In this document: piece after piece, positions 17,917 through 26,536 of the stretch
Layout: each line of letters starts with the position of its first letter
Position numbering within the stretch: position 1 is the first letter of the stretch
Virus record (IMG/VR): IMGVR_UViG_3300032082_001293
DNA: 29,311 bases
DNA from: a virus
Direction: 5' to 3' (one strand)
The notes under the pieces: generated by a model
What the model was told of the DNA's origin: nothing
Seen by the model: the letters and a program-made list of their open reading frames with translations, nothing else
The model's database searches: none
Translations under genes and position numbers: made by a program

Positions 17917-18716
17917 TATGTTACACTATCCAATGCACTAAAATATTCATAATTAAATCCATAATCACTATCAGGACTTACTGCTAAGGGGTTCGGAGTT
18001 GTTCGGAGTGTTTCAAGTAAAGTATCACTATCACCAGTAACTCCGGTACCTTGTTGATAAATCTGTCCATCAACCTGTCGAATGATAGGTCCAGTGGATA
18101 GAGGCCCATAGAAACTAACTTTCATGGAAAAGTCCATTGTGTAGATAATGGTTCTTCTAGCCTCTAATGGTCCTTCATAATCATCCTGAAAGTTCAACCC
18201 TTGCAGAATAATAGGAACATCATCTGTGATATCAGTCAAGTCTTCAAGTGGTTTGACCGATACTGTATACTGCGGATTGAAAAAAGGAATAATCTGTTCA
18301 ACAATCTGTAACGCATCGTCCTGAGATTTGGCATAAGCATTTAATTGAAAATTGATATTGTAAGGTACAGAAGTGTACAGACGTGTTCTATCTGAAACTC
18401 CAGAACCAGAAGTCAATGCTTTTTGCCTAGAATTTATTTTAGGTAGTTGCCTAGAAATGTCGTATTCCATCGAAACAATTTCAAATGACATACGGGGTAA
18501 CTTGATTGCAATTTGCCTTTCCGCATCTTCCCCTTTGTTCATTTGTTCTATACGTTCAATGAAGTTTCTTTTAGGGGCATAAGAAAGAGGCACCTTGGCC
18601 TGACTAATAACTTCGCCACTAGAATTCTTTCTTAAAACATAAATGTTATTAAACAATGAACCAAAAACAGCAACAGCTTTTCTAACCCGTTGATGATAAA
18701 AATATGTACCAAACAT
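17916..18716 (-). CDS. gp15: Tail sheath stabiliser / tail terminator
   Basis: FGSLFNNIYV, KVPLSYAPK, LPRMSFE, DALQIVEQIIPFFNP and RRTIIYT motifs. Confidence 0.96.
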   Translation of the reverse strand: MFGTYFYHQRVRKAVAVFGSLFNNIYVLRKNSSGEVISQAKVPLSYAPKRNFIERIEQMNKGEDAERQIAIKLPRMSFEIVSMEYDISRQLPKINSRQKALTSGSGVSDRTRLYTSVPYNINFQLNAYAKSQDDALQIVEQIIPFFNPQYTVSVKPLEDLTDITDDVPIILQGLNFQDDYEGPLEARRTIIYTMDFSMKVSFYGPLSTGPIIRQVDGQIYQQGTGVTGDSDTLLETLRTTPNPLAVSPDSDYGFNYEYFSALDSVT

Positions 18717-19597
18717 TACTGTGGGTCTCCAAACGGATTAGATTCAGTGAAATCTAAGAAATCACTCTCAAATACATCAAAGATATCGTTCTGTGCTTCA
18801 CGTTGAATATTTTGCAATTCTTCTACTAGGGTAGGTGTTCCAACTGCGCCAGAGGTTGCACCTACTACCTGAGCGGTTGTGGTGAATGTGTGGAATTCAC
18901 CATCACTAGCTCCAACATGTGCCAGATACAGTTTATTATTCACAGCGTCCCAGTTCACCACTTCACCATTCATTGTATATTCACCGTTGTTTTGACTAAC
19001 AGATTCACCAACCTCAAAGGTTCCAGTGACAGAGGCAAATGTCATGACATATTGATACGCCGAGAAGTTTTCTACTTGGTCAATTTCTTCAATGTCTGTA
19101 TCAAAGTCTTCGTCGTTATACTCAAATAGTTCACAACGCATTCTAAACGTTGGGAGATTCTTTAATTGAAAGAACGGTGTCTCTGTTTCTACCTTCATAA
19201 TCTGAAACATAGATTGAGACAAAGGTAAATAGATTACATCGCCTTCACGAGGGCGAAAGAAAGGTACAACATCGGTGGCTTCGTTTTCTGCGACCACACT
19301 ATTCCATCTTCTTCGTGAAACAATAAACGTGGCCGCATCACGAATCTCTACACCAAACTTGGTAAAGAGGTCTCCCTCACCGTCAAACCCTTCAGTGTTT
19401 TCAATGTACATTTCAATTTTGTAAGCATCAGAAAAACGAGAAACAGAATCATCAACAAAGATATCATCTTTATTAACTAATTCTCTTGGTAGATAGTAAA
19501 CATCCTGTCCGTACATCTTTAAGGATTCAACTACTAAATCCTCGTACAACAATTGTTCGCTTTTTCTACCCTGACTGAAATATGGATTAGTGGCCAT
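18716..19597 (-). CDS. gp14: Neck protein
   Basis: ESLKMYGQDVYYLPR, KFGVEIRD, RPREGDVIYLP and DFTESNPFG motifs. Confidence 0.96.
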   Translation of the reverse strand: MATNPYFSQGRKSEQLLYEDLVVESLKMYGQDVYYLPRELVNKDDIFVDDSVSRFSDAYKIEMYIENTEGFDGEGDLFTKFGVEIRDAATFIVSRRRWNSVVAENEATDVVPFFRPREGDVIYLPLSQSMFQIMKVETETPFFQLKNLPTFRMRCELFEYNDEDFDTDIEEIDQVENFSAYQYVMTFASVTGTFEVGESVSQNNGEYTMNGEVVNWDAVNNKLYLAHVGASDGEFHTFTTTAQVVGATSGAVGTPTLVEELQNIQREAQNDIFDVFESDFLDFTESNPFGDPQ

Positions 19598-19604
19598 CTA
19601 ATAG

Positions 19605-20357
19605 TTATCCAATGAAAAAGTCGGGTGGTAATTCTTGTTCTAAACGAAGTTTCTCTTCTAGTTCTTTTAATTCTGTGTTAGCATCATCTAGAATCTGTCT
19701 GCCACTGATTGTCACACCGCCTGGCAACTGCATTCCCTCAAACTTGGACATATTCATACCCCACTGTTGTTTAATTAAAGCTGTGGTGTAATTTTTTACG
19801 AACATGTCATTATAAACACTAGAGAATGTATCGGGGTCAACGGCTGTATATACTTCTGCGACAACATAATCACCAACATCTAAATCATCGTTCGACCATT
19901 CGCCCCAAATATAAAGTCGGTCTTGATGTCGTGACCAAGTGGTTTGTGGATATCCAGATAATACCATATCTAAAAATTCTAGGTATTGCTGCATTTGATA
20001 GTAGTATGCCATACCACCAGCAAAGTTCATAAAATCACCTAAACTATTCAACATCATTTGATAACGAATATCAAATAAATTAACAGAAGAAAACGTTGGG
20101 TTTAAAGGAAACAACTGAGAAATGTACAATACGTTAGAATCTATAGGAATATAACCATTGTCTTTATCTGTCTGTGTGATAACGTGTTTTAAATATGTTC
20201 GATAGGTCGCATCAGAATGAAACTCTTGATACATTTGCAAAGCATCATCAACCTTATCTTCAATCTGGTCATCATCAACATTGATTTCAATTACAGGCGC
20301 ACCTAATCTGCGAAGACAGAAATCTATTAGTGATTGCCTTGAATTTGGTGTTGCCAT
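19605..20357 (-). CDS. gp13: Neck protein
   Basis: CLRRLGAPVIEINVDDDQ and ALIKQQWGMNMSKFEGMQLPGGVT motifs. Confidence 0.97.
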   Translation of the reverse strand: MATPNSRQSLIDFCLRRLGAPVIEINVDDDQIEDKVDDALQMYQEFHSDATYRTYLKHVITQTDKDNGYIPIDSNVLYISQLFPLNPTFSSVNLFDIRYQMMLNSLGDFMNFAGGMAYYYQMQQYLEFLDMVLSGYPQTTWSRHQDRLYIWGEWSNDDLDVGDYVVAEVYTAVDPDTFSSVYNDMFVKNYTTALIKQQWGMNMSKFEGMQLPGGVTISGRQILDDANTELKELEEKLRLEQELPPDFFIG

Positions 20358-20382
20358 TATTGTTAATCCTTTTCTTCAATAA

Positions 20383-20390
20383 TATTTATT
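20383..20390 (-). promoter_or_regulatory. Late promoter AATAAATA upstream of gp13
   Basis: Plus strand tatttatt; one mismatch to consensus; intergenic. Confidence 0.7.
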
Positions 20391-20392
20391 GG

Positions 20393-20491
20393 TTAGTTTA
20401 TAACGACCTTTTTAACCAAAGTATTTTTAGTAATGACAATCTTGTCAACCCTGGCCTTATTTTCTATTACTTTTTTAACTACAGTTGTCAT
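20393..20491 (-). CDS. Unannotated 32-aa small ORF
   Basis: MTTVVKKVIENKARVDKIVITKNTLVKKVVIN*. ATG lies 1 nt after the upstream stop; the ORF fills the gap and is followed directly by a late promoter. Confidence 0.55.
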   Translation of the reverse strand: MTTVVKKVIENKARVDKIVITKNTLVKKVVIN

Positions 20492-20492
20492 A

Positions 20493-20858
20493 TTATAGAT
20501 TCGGTAATTTAGTAACTGATGGGGTTACGAAAATCTGACCTTCCATAACTCGTTCGATTTCTGCAATTGAACCAGAACTATCTCTAGCAATCTCAAGGTC
20601 ATATACGTACCTCTTATTTGCTTTGAGATTGTCCGTTTGAGTGTAGGATAACGCAAGATTAATAATTCCCGACGCAGCAGAATCTACTGTGCAAGTAAAC
20701 ACAGTGATATTATCACTATCGAGATTATAGTTCGGACTGATGTGTGCAGTCGGCGTGTAATTAGTTAGATTCTTAGCCGTACCATCTTTGTTCGTAAGAT
20801 AGACATCGATTGAAACTGAAGAACCTTGGTCAATCGTAAGGTCTTTATAATAGGACAT
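20493..20858 (-). CDS. Small beta-sandwich virion structural protein
   Basis: DLTIDQGS...NLTNYT...GIINLALSYTQT...RYVYDLEI...ERVMEGQIFVTPSVT, a pattern I recognise from conserved small proteins upstream of gp13 in marine T4-like phages. ATG at 20858 preferred. Confidence 0.75.
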   Translation of the reverse strand: MSYYKDLTIDQGSSVSIDVYLTNKDGTAKNLTNYTPTAHISPNYNLDSDNITVFTCTVDSAASGIINLALSYTQTDNLKANKRYVYDLEIARDSSGSIAEIERVMEGQIFVTPSVTKLPNL

Positions 20859-20888
20859 ATCCCAACCCAATTTTTGGTGTATATGTCC

Positions 20889-20896
20889 TATTTATA
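20889..20896 (-). promoter_or_regulatory. T4-type late promoter TATAAATA
   Basis: Plus strand tatttata, intergenic. Confidence 0.85.
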
Positions 20897-20908
20897 TATT
20901 AAAGAATC

Positions 20909-21673
20909 TTACGTTGAAGAACAGTCGTTAAAGGAAACTAAAAGATTACCTCCGCTTCCATCCCATATAGAGAGCATTTCATTCCACTGGGTTGTTCCAA
21001 CGTCTGACTCAGTCCATGTATACCTTAGATAAAATGTCGTTGCACCGATGAGGGCTACACTTGCTAGCGACTGAGGAAACGTAACACATCTATAAAATAA
21101 TGCTGGTAAACCTGATGGTGCGCCCGTCGTTCCAACTTCACTAGTAGTTACACTAAATGAACCTATTATGTCTGTATGTCCAGAGAAAGATGCACTTGTA
21201 CTTTTTAACCAAAGTTCAAATAATTGGTCGCCAGAGTCATATCCTATTTTATCAACGGTGACAGAAGCACCATTATGAGTAACAGCTACCGTATTTTCAG
21301 ACAACTGATCAGCAGCGATTCCATTCGGGTTCCATCGCGTACCGTAACCGTATGTGCCAGCAGCAGCGTCGGCCGAATATCCATAATGGTTCGTTTCATA
21401 TGTTCCTTGAGAAATAGCCCCGTCCGCTAATGCAGTGTCAATCGTATTAGATGCTTTCCATTCATCTCCGATAGTGAAACTATTAACTGAAGTATCACCT
21501 GATTTTCTCATAGCACCATATCTCAATACCGCTAACGAACTAACGGTTTTATCGGGTCTGATATCTCCAACAAACGCTGCTAAATTAGGCTCCGCGTTGT
21601 AAATTGAAGTAAAATTGAAACCATAGTTGTATAGATCGGAAAATCTAACATTAGTTGATTTAACTAAACCCAT
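20909..21673 (-). CDS. Fibre-associated protein, possible distal adhesin
   Basis: 254 aa; starts 4 nt after the S74-fibre stop; G/S/T/Y-rich. Function inferred from position only. Confidence 0.55.
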   Translation of the reverse strand: MGLVKSTNVRFSDLYNYGFNFTSIYNAEPNLAAFVGDIRPDKTVSSLAVLRYGAMRKSGDTSVNSFTIGDEWKASNTIDTALADGAISQGTYETNHYGYSADAAAGTYGYGTRWNPNGIAADQLSENTVAVTHNGASVTVDKIGYDSGDQLFELWLKSTSASFSGHTDIIGSFSVTTSEVGTTGAPSGLPALFYRCVTFPQSLASVALIGATTFYLRYTWTESDVGTTQWNEMLSIWDGSGGNLLVSFNDCSST

Positions 21674-21677
21674 CTAC

Positions 21678-24600
21678 TTACTCTCCCTTGAGTGCTTGAA
21701 TTTCTTCACGGAGTTCATCAATCTGGGATTGTTGTTCTTTCATACCTTCGATAAGAACAGCAACAAGTTTTTCGTAGTCAACAGTTTTTGTCGGTAACCC
21801 ATCAATTAGTTCTGCTTTTTTCTCCCGAACAATTTCTGGTATAACTGTTTCTACTTCTTGAGCTATAACACCGATGTCACGAACTCCTTCACGAGACCCT
21901 GCATTCCAAGTGAACGATACACCTCTCAATTGTAGAATCTTCTCTAACGATTTATCAAGTGTTTTTACATCATCTTTGAGGCGTTGGTCTGATAATGAGG
22001 TAGAGAAGGCAATAATATCATTTTTTACGTGGAGATCGGAAGAACTATCTAACATCATATCAATATCAGTACCGTTACTACCAAATAATAATTTACCTAT
22101 TCTACATGTTATTCCAAAGTCATTGACTTTTCCACCACTGCCAAAAACATGATTTCCAGTACCTATATCAGCCATTGAGGTGGCACCACCGTATTCCCAA
22201 GTCAAGTATGAACCAGTTGTGCCGTTGAAACGAGCTCGTTGATTTCCCTCGGAATTCAATACAATATTTAAGTCACCGGCATGGTACATTCTTGCTGTAA
22301 CACCATCAGTATTTTGTTGATGTATCCAGAATAAGTCATCGTCGGAACTACCTTTTAATCTTATACCATCATCATTTCCGCTGGCTTTTACTTCCAAGGT
22401 ATCTGACGGACTCGTCAGGCGGATGCCGACGTTGCCTGTGTTATCGATGGTCATTCTTTGAACTAATGTACCACCTGTCGTATCAGTCCAAAACCCCATC
22501 CTACCGCCACCGCCAGTGCCATAGTCAGATGTTATTCTAGATCTTTCATTATCATTAACAAATCTCAACGCGGCAGTGTTAAAGGTTCCATCGGCATCTA
22601 CTACTAAATGCCCTCCTTTCACATACAGTTTATCAGAATCAGCTATAATATTTGTGCCGATGCCGACTTTGCCAAGCGCGTTGATTCGCATCGACTCAAC
22701 TAGAGTGGTTGGCGGAAAGGTTTCAGCATAAGTAGTAAAAAATCTTATACCGCCGCTGCCTGGGTTAGCTGGGTCCGCAGTTTTATCTAGATAGAGTGAT
22801 ATCGCTGCGTTTGCAGCATAGTGAGGGTTCGTGGTCCCATTAGCAGCTATGATAGTAAATATATCTGAATCTTCATCACTATATGCCGGGAGTGCTGAGG
22901 CTTGCCCGATTCCAGCTAATATTGCTGGACTTCTTATATCAGATTCAGTCCCAGCTCCCCTCCTCGAGCTTTGGTAAAGTGTTAAATTAATTTTCTCATC
23001 CGTCGTAGTCGTGTCAGCCAAAGAACTATAACCCTGCGAGGAGAGCTCGTTAAACATGGTAATAGCACCATTGTGGTCAATTACCATTCTTGTAGGAGGA
23101 TTTGTAGTATCGTGTCCAGTTCTAAAAGAGAGACCCCCGTAAGGAATATTCTGATTATTTAATATTTGTATAGCGTCTATTTGTGATGTTACGTCACCTT
23201 CAGTAAAAAATTCTATTGAACCAAATATATCACCTCTATCCCAATCGGTATTTGTAGTAGTATTAGCGAAACGAAGATCAGGAGTGGCTTTACTAATTTG
23301 CAAATCAGCATTTGGTGCACTAGTGCCTAGGCCTATATTACCATCAGAACCACGGACGAAAAACGCGTTCTGATCAACATTAGACTCAACTCTAAAATCG
23401 ACATCCTGAGACTGTTCATTAACAACTACTTCCGCCTGATTAATAGTTAAAGTTTCGTATAAGGTATCTGTTCCATCACGTGTAACCCATATTGATAATT
23501 CACCTGGCGCATCCGTTGTATCTGTACTAGTACCCCATTCAGCATAAGCAGTTGCCTGAATCCTAACTGCTGTGTCCTGAACACTTTCATCTGTACCTTT
23601 AAATTCAATCCTACCTAACGATTCGTTTAGACCAATCGCATTATCTGCTGGAACATAGTTAAATGTAAGTTCAGGTTGTGAAGTCCCTTCAACTACAATC
23701 TGACCACCTTTAAACGTTTTCACACCACCAAAGTCTTGAGCTCCTGTGCTCACTACACCTACGACAGAAGCTGTAGCATTTGGCAATGTCCTCGTAGTGA
23801 TGTTAGTTACAGAACCAATTGTATCAGACGTAAATACATCAAGAACATCTACACCAGATGTATTGATACTTCGCGTAGTGTATGTTGGGTGAGAATAGTT
23901 ATTGTATGTTGCGGTGGTTACTGCTGTAACGTGACCCATTTCGTCTACGGTGATACTTGCAATACCAGCAGAACCTTGTGCACCACTAAGAGTAGATGTA
24001 TCATGGTGTGCAAAGGTAATTGTATCACCAGTTTCAGAAATGTCAAGACCGTCAGTAGTACCAGTTTGTGCCACAGCCAATATAATATCGTCAGTTCCCG
24101 AACCAGAACCACCAGCAGTTAATCGAATTTTTTCTGAGACGGCATCATCACCGGCTACTGTACTGATGGAGTACGTTGTGTTTGTATTATCACTTGCAGG
24201 GACCGTTACCGTTTTAACATTAGCAGCTGTAACGTGTCCACGTGCGTTAGTCGTTAACGAATCTATAACGGTAAATGTACCACCATATGCTGGGGTCGCA
24301 GTAGATGTCGTATCAGTTCTTGTTATATTACTGTGATTAATGGTAATAGTTTCATTACCAGTTTGATTAGTTGTAAAATCACCAGCGGTATTTTGTAAAT
24401 CAGTACCCCCTGCGATAGTAATTGTTGCATTACCGATTGAGGTCGTTGCACTTGTTATACCAGTGATGTGTCCATATGTGTCAAGCGTGATATCTTGAAT
24501 GAATGTGTTTCCAGAATTATCGACACTTCCTTGAGATGATGTGTCGGTGTGTTCAATGGTAAGTCCGGTCGCACTGGTACGAGTAATTGTAATCGCACCC

Positions 24601-26483
24601 CCACCCGTAAGTGTTAAATCATCGTTTCCTGAACCAGAACCCCCAGCGGCTAATCTAATTGCTGGATTATCATCATTTCCACCTGTCTGAATGATTGATA
24701 AATCATACGTTGTATTTGTATTATCACTTGCAGGAATTGTTACTGTTTTAACATTAGCAGCAGTTACGTGGCCTCTGGCATTAGTCGTTAAAGAATCGAT
24801 GACAGTGAATGTACCACCATATGCTGGAGTCGCAGTAGATGTCGTATCAGTTCTTGTTATATCAACATGTTGAAAACGAATAGCATCATTTGTGGCATCA
24901 ACATCAACGTCAAAATCATTTCCACTAACAAATGTCAGCGTATCTGCATTGGTATCAGCGACAGCGGAACCTGTATCGGCCCAAGTATATTCAGTGTCAG
25001 TATCGTCAACAGTAAAGGTTTTGAAAATATTTTGTGCAGAACCTTTATCTGTGTTGGTTACACTAAAAGTCAAATCATATGGGTCAGCATCAGTACCATT
25101 GGAGACATCAGTCCAGTTAATATCAATAGAAGCACCATCTCCAGCACCCTCTACAAACTTCCACTCATTCGCCTGATTAATCGTAACTTCAGTACCATCA
25201 CCATCTTCTACTTGGAAAGACCTTATATACCTGTTGTCTAGGTTAGTTGTTACTACAGAAGCGGCAGTTGTGTGACCGTAAGTATCGAAGGTGAATGAAA
25301 TATCTTGAAGTACAGTACCGTTCGCATTATCAGAAGATAAGTTGCCCACTGATGATGTATCAGCGTGGTTAATGGTTACTGTATTTCCTTCCGCATTATT
25401 TGCTGTTTCGGAAATACTGATTGCGTCTCCCTGAACAATATCAGCAACATACGCACCTGTCGTGTCCGTACCTAACGCAACCGAGTTAGCGGCAATAGTA
25501 GTTGCAAAACTGATTGTCCCACTAGTCAAATCCGTGAGTGTGGTGTTTCCAGAACCAGTAACATCACCCGTTAAAGTAACAGTAACAACGGGGTCTGGTT
25601 TGTCTTGAATATAACTCCAATTTAAATTCCCTATTAGTGTCGAAGCGTTGATAGTAGTAGCGCCAATAGAGTCTGCTTGCAAATTGCCCAGTGCTGGCGT
25701 ATCAAACGCACTATTTAATCTAACTTGCCAAGCATCAACTGTTTCGTTAAAAACGAAAGAAGCTGAATCTAACGTTCCTCTATCAATGAAAATACCTGAT
25801 ACTGCAAGTTCACCTCCAGCACCACCATTAATACCTGCTAAAGTTTCACCATCGTTTAAGGTAATTTTTCTATCAGTGACAGAGAGGTCGTTCTGACTAA
25901 TTGCGTCTAGTGTACCTGTTGCCTCAATGTCACCCGAAACCTTTAAATTACCAGTAATAAGAACATGTGGACTTACATTAGTTATTTCTATTCTTTCCGA
26001 CCCACCAGCTACAATTCTGAATTGGTCGGCTGCATGAAACTGAAGATACGTGTTTGTATCACCCGTAGAGATAATCTGGTCATCAATGTAGAGGTCTGTG
26101 ATACCAGAAACATTACCTGTTAATTTTGTATCACCATTGACTTGTAATAGATTAGAACCATCATCAGTAGAAGTGCCGATTAACACATTGCCTGTGTTGG
26201 GATTTAATTGAATTGTACCATCAAGTTCTACCAGAACGGCAGGAATACCTGAATTGTCGTTGATTGAGAAAGAATAACCATCACCATCACTATCGATGTT
26301 CGCAACACTGAATAACTGACCCGTAGAAGCTTCAAACGAAAGAGTAGAAACTGTACCATCGTAACTGGCACTGAGAGTAATGGTATCATTACCACTAGCG
26401 TCTGCCCCAGTAAATTCTATCTTTGGTTCGTTGGCAGTACCAGTATTGGGTGTAATTAAAATATTTTTATCGTCAAGTGCCAT
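21678..26483 (-). CDS. Long tail fibre with C-terminal intramolecular chaperone (Peptidase_S74)
   Basis: 1601 aa, T/G/D-rich; GNVGIGT-type repeats; C-terminal SDQRLKDDV...IGVIAQEVE...VDYEKLVAVLIEGMKE plus coiled coil (21678-21992). Confidence 0.92.
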   Translation of the reverse strand: MALDDKNILITPNTGTANEPKIEFTGADASGNDTITLSASYDGTVSTLSFEASTGQLFSVANIDSDGDGYSFSINDNSGIPAVLVELDGTIQLNPNTGNVLIGTSTDDGSNLLQVNGDTKLTGNVSGITDLYIDDQIISTGDTNTYLQFHAADQFRIVAGGSERIEITNVSPHVLITGNLKVSGDIEATGTLDAISQNDLSVTDRKITLNDGETLAGINGGAGGELAVSGIFIDRGTLDSASFVFNETVDAWQVRLNSAFDTPALGNLQADSIGATTINASTLIGNLNWSYIQDKPDPVVTVTLTGDVTGSGNTTLTDLTSGTISFATTIAANSVALGTDTTGAYVADIVQGDAISISETANNAEGNTVTINHADTSSVGNLSSDNANGTVLQDISFTFDTYGHTTAASVVTTNLDNRYIRSFQVEDGDGTEVTINQANEWKFVEGAGDGASIDINWTDVSNGTDADPYDLTFSVTNTDKGSAQNIFKTFTVDDTDTEYTWADTGSAVADTNADTLTFVSGNDFDVDVDATNDAIRFQHVDITRTDTTSTATPAYGGTFTVIDSLTTNARGHVTAANVKTVTIPASDNTNTTYDLSIIQTGGNDDNPAIRLAAGGSGSGNDDLTLTGGGAITITRTSATGLTIEHTDTSSQGSVDNSGNTFIQDITLDTYGHITGITSATTSIGNATITIAGGTDLQNTAGDFTTNQTGNETITINHSNITRTDTTSTATPAYGGTFTVIDSLTTNARGHVTAANVKTVTVPASDNTNTTYSISTVAGDDAVSEKIRLTAGGSGSGTDDIILAVAQTGTTDGLDISETGDTITFAHHDTSTLSGAQGSAGIASITVDEMGHVTAVTTATYNNYSHPTYTTRSINTSGVDVLDVFTSDTIGSVTNITTRTLPNATASVVGVVSTGAQDFGGVKTFKGGQIVVEGTSQPELTFNYVPADNAIGLNESLGRIEFKGTDESVQDTAVRIQATAYAEWGTSTDTTDAPGELSIWVTRDGTDTLYETLTINQAEVVVNEQSQDVDFRVESNVDQNAFFVRGSDGNIGLGTSAPNADLQISKATPDLRFANTTTNTDWDRGDIFGSIEFFTEGDVTSQIDAIQILNNQNIPYGGLSFRTGHDTTNPPTRMVIDHNGAITMFNELSSQGYSSLADTTTTDEKINLTLYQSSRRGAGTESDIRSPAILAGIGQASALPAYSDEDSDIFTIIAANGTTNPHYAANAAISLYLDKTADPANPGSGGIRFFTTYAETFPPTTLVESMRINALGKVGIGTNIIADSDKLYVKGGHLVVDADGTFNTAALRFVNDNERSRITSDYGTGGGGRMGFWTDTTGGTLVQRMTIDNTGNVGIRLTSPSDTLEVKASGNDDGIRLKGSSDDDLFWIHQQNTDGVTARMYHAGDLNIVLNSEGNQRARFNGTTGSYLTWEYGGATSMADIGTGNHVFGSGGKVNDFGITCRIGKLLFGSNGTDIDMMLDSSSDLHVKNDIIAFSTSLSDQRLKDDVKTLDKSLEKILQLRGVSFTWNAGSREGVRDIGVIAQEVETVIPEIVREKKAELIDGLPTKTVDYEKLVAVLIEGMKEQQSQIDELREEIQALKGE
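24171..24860 (-). repeat. Two 156-nt direct repeats inside the fibre gene (24171-24326 and 24705-24860)
   Basis: Both encode ITRTDTTSTATPAYGGTFTVIDSLTTNARGHVTAANVKTVT[I/V]PASDNTNTTY (51/52 aa identical); copies are 534 nt apart. Confidence 0.95.
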
Positions 26484-26521
26484 AGTGGATTATCCAAACT
26501 CGTTGAGGTTACATTTCTATT

Positions 26522-26529
26522 TATTTATA
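26522..26529 (-). promoter_or_regulatory. T4-type late promoter TATAAATA
   Basis: Plus strand tatttata upstream of the fibre gene. Confidence 0.85.
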
Positions 26530-26536
26530 TCGGTTT

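Noticed and set aside
14099-19597. Bacterial contractile injection system or tailocin
   Set aside because: Capsid, portal, protease and terminase genes plus T4 late promoters show this is a complete phage morphogenesis region.
24171-24860. DGR, CRISPR or assembly artefact explanation for the 156-nt repeat
   Set aside because: Both copies are in frame and differ almost only at synonymous positions, which indicates a genuine, older coding duplication.
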